Below are positions 38,032 to 47,106 of a stretch of 64,000 nucleotides of DNA, piece by piece. The translations under genes and the position numbers were made by a program. The DNA is from an uncultured bacterium (GTDB taxonomy: Bacteria > Babelota > Babeliae > Babelales > Babelaceae): the NCBI GenBank assembly GCA_963722385.1, contig CAVRKK010000002.1, positions 672,001 to 736,000 of the forward strand, in the 5' to 3' direction. The notes under the pieces are model-generated. The model was not told the DNA's origin and made no database searches. It saw only the letters and a program-made list of their open reading frames with translations. Position 1 is the stretch's first letter. The number at the start of each line of letters is the position of its first letter.

Positions 38032-38722
38032 GATATTCCTTTGCTATTCTTGTCTCTACGATTATCGCTTCTTTGTGTTGATCATTAAGCGCCTCTAAAA
38101 GCTGCTTGCATGACTTTTCACATGAAGTTTGCAAATCCATCAAAAAGAGGGCTATATGATTTAACAATGCGTCAAGCTTACACAAGCTTGGCGCAAGCTT
38201 TTTTAGTAAATTTTCGGGGTCTTCTATATTATAATGCTCACAACGAGTAAGCGGTGTTTTGAGCTTTCTTTTCTTGGCCCAGTAATCAAGCAAGGTGCAG
38301 TACATTTGTCGTATGGAAAACTTAGGCGCATAGTGTTCTTTTATCTCATTAAGATAGGGACGTAGAAGATTGCACGCTTGTTTAATGCTTTCTTGGTATG
38401 CGCTTCCAAACACCTTAACGCGGTCTTTTTCGATTGGCCGCGGTTGTTGCGCGACAAATAATTTTTCGAGAACAGCAAGATTTTTTAAGCCATAGAGCTT
38501 GCCCTGATGGCTAATAAGTCCTTTGCCCTCTTTATCGCCTTCGCGTAATTCCTTGATGCCAAGCTCAAGCTTGATAATTTTAAAGCAATCAATTTTCGGG
38601 GTACCATCCATGAGCGTTATTATTTCATGGTTAAGTACCATAGGGGATTGTGGTTCTTGCCCCTGCACACTAGACGCTAGGATCAATGATAACAGGGCAA
38701 AGCTATATCTTAAAGAAAACAT
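38021..38722 (-). CDS. exported helical hypothetical protein, tandem paralog B
   Basis: AAGGAGG SD and signal peptide. HEIITLMDGT...LISHQGKLY...PYL...WAK...LKKLA...FLMDLQTSC. Confidence 0.78.
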   Translation of the reverse strand: MFSLRYSFALLSLILASSVQGQEPQSPMVLNHEIITLMDGTPKIDCFKIIKLELGIKELREGDKEGKGLISHQGKLYGLKNLAVLEKLFVAQQPRPIEKDRVKVFGSAYQESIKQACNLLRPYLNEIKEHYAPKFSIRQMYCTLLDYWAKKRKLKTPLTRCEHYNIEDPENLLKKLAPSLCKLDALLNHIALFLMDLQTSCEKSCKQLLEALNDQHKEAIIVETRIAKEYHDQ

Positions 38723-38787
38723 AGTGAGCCTCCTTATAAATGAAGCGAGCATCGTTGACCCGTAACGTAAGCAAAAAAAGTTTGCTG

Positions 38788-39435
38788 TTACTTTTTTATG
38801 TTTTTACGGGAGAATTCAGCCCATGAATTTTTACATGATAAGCGAACATCCCACAAAAACGTACTAAGATGATCCAAAAACTCATCGAATTTTTTGTAGG
38901 TGATTGCCAGCTTCTTAAGTTGTCCCATTTCTTGGCCTTGGCTTTGGCGAGCCCACTCAGTTAAGAGCGAGGTAACGTTTTTTTGTTTTGCCCAGGCTTG
39001 AATGAGTATGCCCATTTGAGATTTAAATCCTTGCGCCTCCCTCAAGTACGGGGTTGAAAAGGCTTCAAATTGCACTATCGCATTAAGAAGTGTTTCTTCA
39101 TGAGCTTTTGAAAAGCTATCTAAGTTACCAGCATTGCGTGCTTTTCTTTCTAAAGCAACAAGTTCACGAAGGGTATATTTGCTGCCGTGGTGAGTAATGA
39201 GTTTTTGCGCGCCTTTGTTCATGCCGAAGCGTAAATTTTGGATATTTCTTTCAAGAGCCAGCATTTTTACTGAATCGCAACGGGTTGTTCCGTCAATCAC
39301 GTCGATTATTTCGTGCTTAACTTTCATAAACTCCTCAGCCATAGCAAGAGGCGAAAAGCTCAGCAAAAGAGAAATTGATAATGTAGCCAGAAATTTTTGC
39401 ATAAGTGAGTACCTTTTCTTGTGGTTATTTCTCAT
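38788..39435 (-). CDS. exported helical hypothetical protein, tandem paralog A (start may be 39402)
   Basis: Signal peptide ending AMA. HEIIDVIDGT...LITHHGSKY...PYL...WAK...LKKLA...FLWDVRLSC. Confidence 0.78.
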   Translation of the reverse strand: MRNNHKKRYSLMQKFLATLSISLLLSFSPLAMAEEFMKVKHEIIDVIDGTTRCDSVKMLALERNIQNLRFGMNKGAQKLITHHGSKYTLRELVALERKARNAGNLDSFSKAHEETLLNAIVQFEAFSTPYLREAQGFKSQMGILIQAWAKQKNVTSLLTEWARQSQGQEMGQLKKLAITYKKFDEFLDHLSTFLWDVRLSCKNSWAEFSRKNIKK

Positions 39436-41069
39436 TAATATATAAAGCGAAGATCTAAGGCAAGCGTAAAATCGCGACCAATACCATGGCTTGCCACCGT
39501 AATATCACCACGTAATCCAATGCGGAAAATACCGGCGTCATGGTCAAGGTCAACTCCAACGCTTCCAAAAAGCTTATGTTGTTCGCCAAAGGGGTTAAGC
39601 GCCCGTTCGACAAGGAATGAGCGGGCCGGTATATTATTAAGGTCGATTGTTTCTTTGTTTTGGCGCCAATAATCATATCCTATAGACGCCTTAGTGCACC
39701 CGTATTGCCACAATAATGCGGTGGTAAAGTTAAAAATGGCGCCAGGGCTCACGGTAACGTTAAATACCTTAGGAAAAAGATTGTCAATGAGGGCTCTTTC
39801 AATAAACCTCAAGTCTGATTCAGCATTTTTTGAATTTTCAAAGTCGCGGTTAAACTCTTTCAGATTAATCTTCTTAATAAAAAAGCGTTCTTCTTTTGAT
39901 GGCGCGACGTATTGGATTGAGCCTTGCGAGATGATACCAAAATTATCATTAAATTGACACTGGTATTCGACCATAGGCGCGATGGTTACATGCCCATTGT
40001 TACCCAAAGACGTGTTAGCGATATTGGCGGTTAGGTGGTCAAGTACGCCAAACGCAAGATTTTCAAGCATTTTGAGTGAGCGAATTTGGCGAGTTTTTAA
40101 GTTGGGAGTATCTATTTCAAGCAAGAGAGAGCAAATAATCTCTTTTAAGTTTAGTTCCGGCGGTCTCAGCGTTTTGCAAAAAGTACCGCCGATAATACCT
40201 TCCTTAAAAGAGACAGCCGTTGGCAGTGTTATAAAACCGCCGAAACTCCAACGACCATAATCACACTGATAAGGCGTATATAGACCATAAATACGCATGT
40301 CGCCCAGCCCGAACTTGTCGCCAACCAAATGCTCAGTCAGAATTTCTTCAGCTTCCTCTTGGCTGGAATTGGTAGCAAATTGGTTAAGTATATCTGAGTC
40401 GGAAATACGTTTGCGCTCTTCATTGCTCAGAAAGAAATTTCTTTCGAGGTAATACAAAGGAACTGAGAATTGCAGCAATATATTTTGTTGGCGCGAGCAG
40501 GCCCTGAAAAACAAGCCGGTTCGCCGCTCTTGAAGCTTAATGTGCCTAAAGAGGGGCAAAACATCTTCAACGCTGAGTTCCATAAATGTTGTAGTGATAT
40601 GGTCTAGTTTTCCTATCAAATCTTTGCCGCTTAAATTAATATACGACTCAATATGGGGATTAGAATCAGTAAAGAAAATCTTGCTAGTCTGATTATAGAA
40701 AGGAAGAATGGCAAGATCCAGGCAATCTTTGTCATTACACGTCCAGTTAAAGGTGGGCAAATCATGTAAGTTTCTATTGAGAATAGAGTTGCTATGCAAA
40801 TAAATCGAATGCTTTAAAAGATCAATAAACCCGCTTTGCTTAATTTTTTTGACAACGAGCTCAGTTGTACAAGGAATAGGATCGCTCTTGAAGTTATCGC
40901 TTGTGTAATAATCGAAATATTCTTGCCGCTGGTTAATAAATTCTTGATCATCGCTTGGTTCTTCGGTATCAGCAAATTCTTGCTGATTTTTAACTTGAGC
41001 AGAGAGCGTCAACGTAAAGGCCCCAATCAAGAATAGCAGAAGAAAAGAAAGCTTTTTGATATCCTTCAT
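39435..41069 (-). CDS. putative outer-membrane beta-barrel protein
   Basis: Signal peptide, alternating amphipathic strands and C-terminal LALDLRFIY. The GNNGH motif is shared with the protein at 58578. Confidence 0.6.
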   Translation of the reverse strand: MKDIKKLSFLLLFLIGAFTLTLSAQVKNQQEFADTEEPSDDQEFINQRQEYFDYYTSDNFKSDPIPCTTELVVKKIKQSGFIDLLKHSIYLHSNSILNRNLHDLPTFNWTCNDKDCLDLAILPFYNQTSKIFFTDSNPHIESYINLSGKDLIGKLDHITTTFMELSVEDVLPLFRHIKLQERRTGLFFRACSRQQNILLQFSVPLYYLERNFFLSNEERKRISDSDILNQFATNSSQEEAEEILTEHLVGDKFGLGDMRIYGLYTPYQCDYGRWSFGGFITLPTAVSFKEGIIGGTFCKTLRPPELNLKEIICSLLLEIDTPNLKTRQIRSLKMLENLAFGVLDHLTANIANTSLGNNGHVTIAPMVEYQCQFNDNFGIISQGSIQYVAPSKEERFFIKKINLKEFNRDFENSKNAESDLRFIERALIDNLFPKVFNVTVSPGAIFNFTTALLWQYGCTKASIGYDYWRQNKETIDLNNIPARSFLVERALNPFGEQHKLFGSVGVDLDHDAGIFRIGLRGDITVASHGIGRDFTLALDLRFIY

Positions 41070-41335
41070 AACGCCCTTTAAAAAAATCAAAATGTTGAAG
41101 AATTAGTTTAGCAATATTTTAGTTATTTGACAAAACTGCTTTCAATCAGAATTTAAGTTGGCAATAAGTATTATTTTTTGACGTATATTTTGTAAAGCCT
41201 TAAAGCTTATTTGCTGAAATGCTTTCCTGTTTGCATGGTAAATGGGCAATGAATTGGTGGTCGATTTTTTTTGGAAGAGGTCTAAACTTAAAGGATAGTG
41301 TGGTTAACTTGAGTAACAAGAGCGTGAGGCAGTCG

Positions 41336-42061
41336 ATGGTTACTTCCCCGATATCCCCTAAGCCTTTGTTGGTAGTTGAAGGCAATATAGGCGCTGGCAA
41401 ATCGACATTTTTGCGCCTTATTGGCGATGTCTTGGATGCACAGCTTATTTATGAGCCAGTTGACGAATGGCAAAATGTTGGGGGCGAGAGTCTTTTAGAA
41501 TATTATTATCAGGACAAGCATCGTTGGGCATATACATTCCAGAGTTATGCATTTTTGACGCGTATTCGTGCCCAAGAGAAACATGCTCAGCATGGTAAAA
41601 TGATGCAAATACTGGAGCGATCTGTTTATTCAGACCGATATTGTTTTGCCCAAAACCATTTTGAACTGGGTACCATCAAGCCAATAGAGTGGCAGCTCTA
41701 TTGTGAGCTTTTTGAATGGTTTGTGGAGCAGCATGCTCCTAAACCAGATGCTTTTATTTATCTACGGGCTGATCCCAAGATTTGCCTCGAGCGCTTGCGC
41801 ACGCGTAATCGCTCAGAAGAGGTAGGTGTTCCCCTTGATTATCTAAGGCGAATTCATGATAAGCATGAGGATTTTCTTGTTCATCGCAAGGGCATCGCGG
41901 GATATTTAAGCTCGGTTCCGGTGCTTATTCTTGCATGTGATGAAGATTTTGAGCATAATAAACAAAAAGGGGACTCGCATATGAGTACCGTTATTGAATT
42001 CTTGCTAAAGCAGTTTCAACAGGATGGCTTATCAAGAGCAACGTTTGTGAGGGAATTATGA
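41336..42061 (+). CDS. deoxynucleoside kinase
   Basis: VEGNIGAGKST, EPVDEW, ERSVYSD, PDAFIYL and RNRSEE. Confidence 0.93.
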   Translation: MVTSPISPKPLLVVEGNIGAGKSTFLRLIGDVLDAQLIYEPVDEWQNVGGESLLEYYYQDKHRWAYTFQSYAFLTRIRAQEKHAQHGKMMQILERSVYSDRYCFAQNHFELGTIKPIEWQLYCELFEWFVEQHAPKPDAFIYLRADPKICLERLRTRNRSEEVGVPLDYLRRIHDKHEDFLVHRKGIAGYLSSVPVLILACDEDFEHNKQKGDSHMSTVIEFLLKQFQQDGLSRATFVREL

Positions 42062-42309
42062 GCGAAGATATGGCAGTATATGCTAAAGTAGCGGCTTATT
42101 TAGGTGCTGCTTTTGCTATCGGGATTGGCACATTAGGACCCACCATGGGCCAGGGCATGATTGGCTCGAAGGGGTGCGAAAATATTGGCAAGTATCCTGA
42201 AAGTGCCAATAAAATTCAAACAGCGATGTTTGCTGGCCTGGCGATGGTTGAAACATCGGCACTTTTTGCATTTTTAACGGCACTATTTTTAATTCTGCTT
42301 GCTCGATAA
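42058..42309 (+). CDS. atpE: F-type ATP synthase subunit c
   Basis: Two TM helices, GxGxxGPxxGQG and the conserved Glu in MVETSA. Confidence 0.92.
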   Translation: MSEDMAVYAKVAAYLGAAFAIGIGTLGPTMGQGMIGSKGCENIGKYPESANKIQTAMFAGLAMVETSALFAFLTALFLILLAR

Positions 42310-42315
42310 AATCGC

Positions 42316-42675
42316 ATGATAAATATAACCGTCTTGCTCCAGATAGCGCACTTTTTAATAGCGTACTGTATACTTGAGCGCTTTTTTTTGCGTTATGGTG
42401 CGCGTCAGATTCAGGAACAAGACGCGCTCTTTGCTCAAAGGCAGCAGGCGATTGCCGGCGCTCAAGAAGTGACGAAGGAACTGCAAAGCCATGTTTCTCT
42501 TTCTTGGCGGCATCAACAGCACCTCTTGCAGGCAGCGAGTCCTGAAGTAATTTTCCAACCGCAAGAATCGCATGTTCCTCGTTTTGAGCCGGTACCGGCC
42601 AGGATAAGCGATGCGCAAAAGCAGGCGCTGATTGAAGTCTTGAAAAACAGCGTTATTAAGCATGTGATACCATGA
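42316..42675 (+). CDS. divergent ATP synthase b/b'-like subunit
   Basis: INITVLLQIAHFLI N-terminal TM typical of subunit b, plus position in the atp cluster. Confidence 0.6.
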   Translation: MINITVLLQIAHFLIAYCILERFFLRYGARQIQEQDALFAQRQQAIAGAQEVTKELQSHVSLSWRHQQHLLQAASPEVIFQPQESHVPRFEPVPARISDAQKQALIEVLKNSVIKHVIP

Positions 42676-43166
42676 TGATGATCGACCCCTTTTTCCGCCT
42701 CCTCAATTTTGGGATATTTTTAGCATTGGCAGCGTACTACGTTAAAAGAAACCTGATTGGGTTTATCAGAAGCCAATTGGTTCGTAAAAAAAATGCCCTT
42801 TATGCATTTGACCAAGAGGAAGTATCGCTTCAGACTGTTCAAGACAAGCTGCATGATCAGCTTCAGCAGCAAGACGCTCTCTATCATGGGCTTACGGCTA
42901 AGATAGCGCGCTGGCGGCAAGGATTTTTAGCTGAGCAAGATATGAAAAAGCAAAAGGCCGCCGTGGTCAATCAGCTCCTGGTAAGCAGATTAGGTAAGCA
43001 GCGGGAGGCTTATGTGCGCAATACAGCACTCCGTGACGTATTGCCTCAGGTGTTTAACGAATCTTTAGCTGAGCTCGCTGCTCAATTTAGTGACGAGTCC
43101 CGCGCTCAGGCATTTAATCAAAAGGCGATCGAAGCTTTAAAGGGCGAGCATGAGTATGAGTTATAG
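42672..43166 (+). CDS. atpF: ATP synthase subunit b-like
   Basis: FRLLNFGIFL TM followed by a coiled coil, plus position in the atp cluster. Confidence 0.7.
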   Translation: MMMIDPFFRLLNFGIFLALAAYYVKRNLIGFIRSQLVRKKNALYAFDQEEVSLQTVQDKLHDQLQQQDALYHGLTAKIARWRQGFLAEQDMKKQKAAVVNQLLVSRLGKQREAYVRNTALRDVLPQVFNESLAELAAQFSDESRAQAFNQKAIEALKGEHEYEL

Positions 43167-43701
43167 CCAAATAGATCTTGCTTATAAGTATGCGCGTGCT
43201 TTTTTGAATGTTTACGGCAAAGGGCTTGCGGTAACGGATGCTCAACAGTTAGCTGAAATAAGCCACCAGCTTGGTAATATCAAAAAATTTCTTGTTTTTG
43301 CCGACCTTACGCATCTGGCCCATGATGCGCATGATACAATTATGCATTTTTTGGCGCCATTTGGCGTACATTTGAAGCTTAGCCAGCTTGTAATGCTTCT
43401 TGCTCAAGAATCAAGGCTTGCTCTTTTGGCCAATGTGCTTGATGCTCTTGTTGATCTCTTTCAGCAAGAAAGGGGAATTGTGCCCTGCGCAGTGACAAGT
43501 GCTTACCCCTTAACGCAGGAGCAAAAGGGCCAGGTTGAACAAGCGATCAGCGGCTGGCTGGCGCCTCGGGTTTCAGAAATGGTATATAAACTTGATAAAA
43601 ATCTTATCGCTGGTATCCGCATTCAGCTAGGCTTAACAATAGCAGAATGTTCGATTGCTCAAGAAGTGCAGAAAATGCGCAACAACGCATTAGTGGGGTA
43701 A
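43150..43701 (+). CDS. atpH: ATP synthase subunit delta
   Basis: AYKYARAF, VTSAYPL and DKNLIAGIRI. Confidence 0.88.
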   Translation: MSMSYSQIDLAYKYARAFLNVYGKGLAVTDAQQLAEISHQLGNIKKFLVFADLTHLAHDAHDTIMHFLAPFGVHLKLSQLVMLLAQESRLALLANVLDALVDLFQQERGIVPCAVTSAYPLTQEQKGQVEQAISGWLAPRVSEMVYKLDKNLIAGIRIQLGLTIAECSIAQEVQKMRNNALVG

Positions 43702-43704
43702 AGC

Positions 43705-45210
43705 GTGGAAATTAAAAATACTGATTTAGTAGCGCTTTTTGAAAAGGCTCTTTTGCAAAAACAAGACTATAAGTTCGAAGAAATGGGCTTGGTAATTCAA
43801 GTAGCGGACTATACCTGTAAAGTATATGGCCTGACCAATGCGGTTTTTGGTGAGCTTGTTGTATGTCAAGGTGGCAATAGAGGAATTATTTTAAATCTTG
43901 ATGAAAATATTGTTACGGTCTTTTTGCTTGATGCCAATATTCCTGTTGCTGAGCACGAACTGGTCAAGAGGACGGGCGGGGTCTTTAAGGTTCCTGTTGG
44001 TATGCAGTTGCTGGGTCGGATTCTTAATGCTCAGGGCAAAGCTATTGATGGCCTTGAACCGTTGTCCTTTGAGGAAGAGCGTCCCACCGAGGCCCGGATA
44101 CCGGGTATTATTGAGCGCAGCCCGGTCAATGAATCGCTTGAAACGGGCATCTTGGCGGTTGATGCGCTGGTACCAATTGGCAAGGGCCAGCGAGAATTGA
44201 TTATTGGCAACCGTAGTACAGGAAAAACATCACTTGCGATAGATACCATAATTCACCAAAAGGATAAGAAGGTCTATTGCATTTATGTGTCAATTGGTCA
44301 ACGGCAAGCGAACGTTGTGCGCATTGCTCAAATGCTTGAGCAACATGGGGCCTTGGAATACACAATAATGATAAGCGCTGACGCGAGCGATCCCGCGATC
44401 AATCGCTATCTTGCTCCTTATGTTGGGTGTACGATGGGTGAGTTTTTTAGGGATAAGGGGTTTGATGCGCTTATTGTCTATGATGACCTAAGCAACCATG
44501 CGGTTGCCTACCGGGAAATGTCGTTGCTTATGAGGCGATCGCCTGGCCGAGAAGCATATCCTGGTGATGTTTTTTATCTCCATTCGCGCTTGCTTGAGCG
44601 CGCGGGCAAGCTGGCTCGTGGCGGGACCCTGACGGCGCTTCCCATTGTTCAAATTCAGGCCAATGATATAACTGCCTATATCCCCACCAACTTGATTTCG
44701 ATTACCGATGGCCAGATCTTTCTGGACACTCAATTGTTTAACAGTGGTGTTCGGCCAGCGGTCAATGTTGAGCTTTCGGTCTCTCGCGTAGGCGCCGCAG
44801 CCCAAACAAAAGCCATCAAGCAGGTTACGCGGGCGCTGCGTCTCGAGCTTGCCCAATATCATGACCTTTTGGCATTTGCTCAATTTGGTACCGAGCTTGA
44901 TATTATTTCTCAAAAGAAGCTTGAGCGTGGTGCGGTTATTATTAACTTACTCAAGCAAGAGCCGCTTGAAACCTATTCTTTTGTGGATCAGGCGCTCATG
45001 TTCTTCTTGCTTAAAGAAAATTATCTGGATAAAGTCCCTCTTGCCCAAGTTCATGACATGGCGGTGCGCTTTGCGAGCTACGTTCGCTTAGCCTACCCAG
45101 AATTGTATAGTGGTATCACGCTTGCCCAAGATATCTCGCCAGAAGCTTTAAAGAGCTTAAAGGGCATAGCGGCTGAGTTTGCTCAGCTGTTTGTTGCTGG
45201 AGGGGCATGA
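43705..45210 (+). CDS. atpA: ATP synthase subunit alpha
   Basis: GQRELIIGNRSTGKT, PGREAYPGDVFYLHSRLLER and ISITDGQIFL. Confidence 0.97.
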   Translation: MEIKNTDLVALFEKALLQKQDYKFEEMGLVIQVADYTCKVYGLTNAVFGELVVCQGGNRGIILNLDENIVTVFLLDANIPVAEHELVKRTGGVFKVPVGMQLLGRILNAQGKAIDGLEPLSFEEERPTEARIPGIIERSPVNESLETGILAVDALVPIGKGQRELIIGNRSTGKTSLAIDTIIHQKDKKVYCIYVSIGQRQANVVRIAQMLEQHGALEYTIMISADASDPAINRYLAPYVGCTMGEFFRDKGFDALIVYDDLSNHAVAYREMSLLMRRSPGREAYPGDVFYLHSRLLERAGKLARGGTLTALPIVQIQANDITAYIPTNLISITDGQIFLDTQLFNSGVRPAVNVELSVSRVGAAAQTKAIKQVTRALRLELAQYHDLLAFAQFGTELDIISQKKLERGAVIINLLKQEPLETYSFVDQALMFFLLKENYLDKVPLAQVHDMAVRFASYVRLAYPELYSGITLAQDISPEALKSLKGIAAEFAQLFVAGGA

Positions 45211-45261
45211 TGGAATTGCTCTCGAGCTTGATTTTATATTTATCAATAAGTCTTGCTGATT

Positions 45262-45280
45262 TGATATCATAATGACATCA
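45262..45280. promoter_or_regulatory. palindromic operator upstream of hicAB
   Basis: TGATATCAT-A-ATGACATCA inverted repeat (one mismatch), 30 bp before hicA. Confidence 0.55.
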
Positions 45281-45310
45281 TAAGAGGATGTCTTCAGCGA
45301 TAGATTATTA

Positions 45311-45544
45311 ATGAGTTCTCGTGAAAAATTGATCCAGAAAATTTTTGCTGTGTCTCCAATCTCTTATGAGGAGGCTGAGAAACTCTTGCTAGCCGGGTAC
45401 TCACTTATGATTAAAGGGTCTCATCATGGGTTTAGAAAAAAAGGGTTTAAAAATATAATTCTTAAGAAAAGAGGGCAGCTTATAGCGTACCAAATTAAAG
45501 ATTTGCAAGAGGTTTTAATTAATCATGGTTACAAAAAAAAATAA
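45311..45544 (+). CDS. hicA: HicA-family toxin
   Basis: LL..GY....KGSHH.F.K and YQIK motifs. Overlaps hicB. Confidence 0.85.
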   Translation: MSSREKLIQKIFAVSPISYEEAEKLLLAGYSLMIKGSHHGFRKKGFKNIILKKRGQLIAYQIKDLQEVLINHGYKKK

Positions 45545-45920
45545 GAAGATAAAAGATATTAATTATTATCTTGGCTTGCCTTGGACATTTACGATTGAAC
45601 AAGATAAAGACGAGTTTGGAAATAAAATATACGTTATAAGGGTAAATGAAATTCCAGAAGCGGCGACTGATGCTTCTTGTTTAGAGGATGCGATCGCTTT
45701 AATCGAGGAAGCCTTGGCGCTTGCCATAGAAATAAGGCTTGATCTGGGGGAAAAAATTCCTGAACCCGTAGGCAAGGAATATAAGGGGAGCATTGCTTAT
45801 AGAACAACCCCCCGACGGCACTATATTATTGCTCGTGAAGCCCAAAAGCGAGGACAGTCGTTGAGCAAATTTATTGATACTTTGGTTGATAGTGTTACGG
45901 AAGCCTTAAGAAAAAATTAG
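45525..45920 (+). CDS. hicB: HicB-family antitoxin
   Basis: YYLGLPW...IPEP...YKGSIAYR...H...AREA...SLS C-terminal RHH pattern. Confidence 0.85.
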   Translation: MVTKKNKKIKDINYYLGLPWTFTIEQDKDEFGNKIYVIRVNEIPEAATDASCLEDAIALIEEALALAIEIRLDLGEKIPEPVGKEYKGSIAYRTTPRRHYIIAREAQKRGQSLSKFIDTLVDSVTEALRKN

Positions 45921-45989
45921 TCTCATAAAATAGTCTCGAGGTGGTTTTCTGGCGGAATTTCTTGTAAAATAAGTAATATATCGACAAAA

Positions 45990-46066
45990 GCGCCCATAGC
46001 TCAGTTGGATAGAGCAACAGATTTCTAATCTGTAGGTCGTAGGTTCAAATCCTACTGGGCGCACCA
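45990..46066 (+). tRNA. tRNA-Arg (TCT)
   Basis: 77-nt cloverleaf GCGCCCA...TGGGCGC-A-CCA. Anticodon arm ACAGA-TTTCTAA-TCTGT. Confidence 0.98.
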
Positions 46067-46169
46067 AACTATTTTTTCCTGAGAAAGCTATATATTTATT
46101 GACTATTAGGCTAATTTTGTTTTAAACTCGTTGATAATGATATCAAACGAGAAAAACAAGGAGTTAGTT

Positions 46170-46730
46170 ATGAATAAATTACTGTCCGTATTTATAGCGG
46201 TACTCATTATGAGCTTTAATACTGCTCAAGGCTATTTGTTGTTTATCAAAAAAGAGGGAAATAAGCCAAATCTTATAGACTTAACTCAGCAGAGTTTATT
46301 AGCAAACAAAATTGGCCTCAACGAAAAAGATGAATTGGGAAACACGCCGTTAACGATAGCGGCGAGCAACGGGAATGATAAGCTGGTAAGGTTTCTAATT
46401 AAATCTGGAGCAGATATCAACCTTCAGGGATCATTGGGTACCCCGCTCATCTCGGCTGTTTTTAATAAACAGGCTATAATAGTCCGTTTACTTTTGCAAG
46501 CAAAGGCTAATCCAAACATAAAAAGCACGAACGGCGTAACTCCATTAATGTCTGCTTCGTGGCGGATGAGTAGAATGATGGTAGATGAGCTTCTTAAGGC
46601 CGGAGCCGATGCTAATCAAAAGACCCCAGATGGCGAAAATGCTCTAAGCATGTTGGAAGATCGAAAGAAGTTTCAGGAGAAAGAATATCAAGAGATAAAA
46701 AGCATCTTACAGGCTCATATGAAAAAATAA
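46170..46730 (+). CDS. exported ankyrin-repeat protein
   Basis: AAGGAG SD and signal peptide. GNTPLTIAA, GTPLISAV, GVTPLMSAS and GENALSM repeats. Confidence 0.9.
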   Translation: MNKLLSVFIAVLIMSFNTAQGYLLFIKKEGNKPNLIDLTQQSLLANKIGLNEKDELGNTPLTIAASNGNDKLVRFLIKSGADINLQGSLGTPLISAVFNKQAIIVRLLLQAKANPNIKSTNGVTPLMSASWRMSRMMVDELLKAGADANQKTPDGENALSMLEDRKKFQEKEYQEIKSILQAHMKK

Positions 46731-46843
46731 GAAGCGCTTGGTTATGCGGGCAGGCAAGATGACCCGCATAACAATTTCGTTGAACTTTTCTTGAGCTTTG
46801 TTATTTTCTTGTATGCGTAGGTAAGAATAAAACGGGGGAGCTT

Positions 46844-47065
46844 ATGCGCATTACGTCCAGAGGCCAAGTAACTATTCCTAGAGAAATTAGAGAAAAGCTT
46901 GGGCTTCTTGTCAAGATGGAAATTGAGTTTTATATTGAGGCACAGGAGCTAAGGCTCAAGAAAAAGAGCCCCAAAAGAGGGGAAGAGTTAATTCAAAAAC
47001 TAACTTCAAAGAAATTTATCAAAATGTCTACTGACGAAATAATGGCTTTGACGCGAGAAGAATAA
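46844..47065 (+). CDS. AbrB/MazE/SpoVT-family DNA-binding protein (orphan antitoxin-like)
   Basis: MRITSRGQVTIPREIREKLGL and C-terminal MSTDEIMALTR. Confidence 0.85.
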   Translation: MRITSRGQVTIPREIREKLGLLVKMEIEFYIEAQELRLKKKSPKRGEELIQKLTSKKFIKMSTDEIMALTREE

Positions 47066-47106
47066 GTCTCTGTGTTTTTGCCCAGTGACGTAATTTATGC
47101 GTACTT

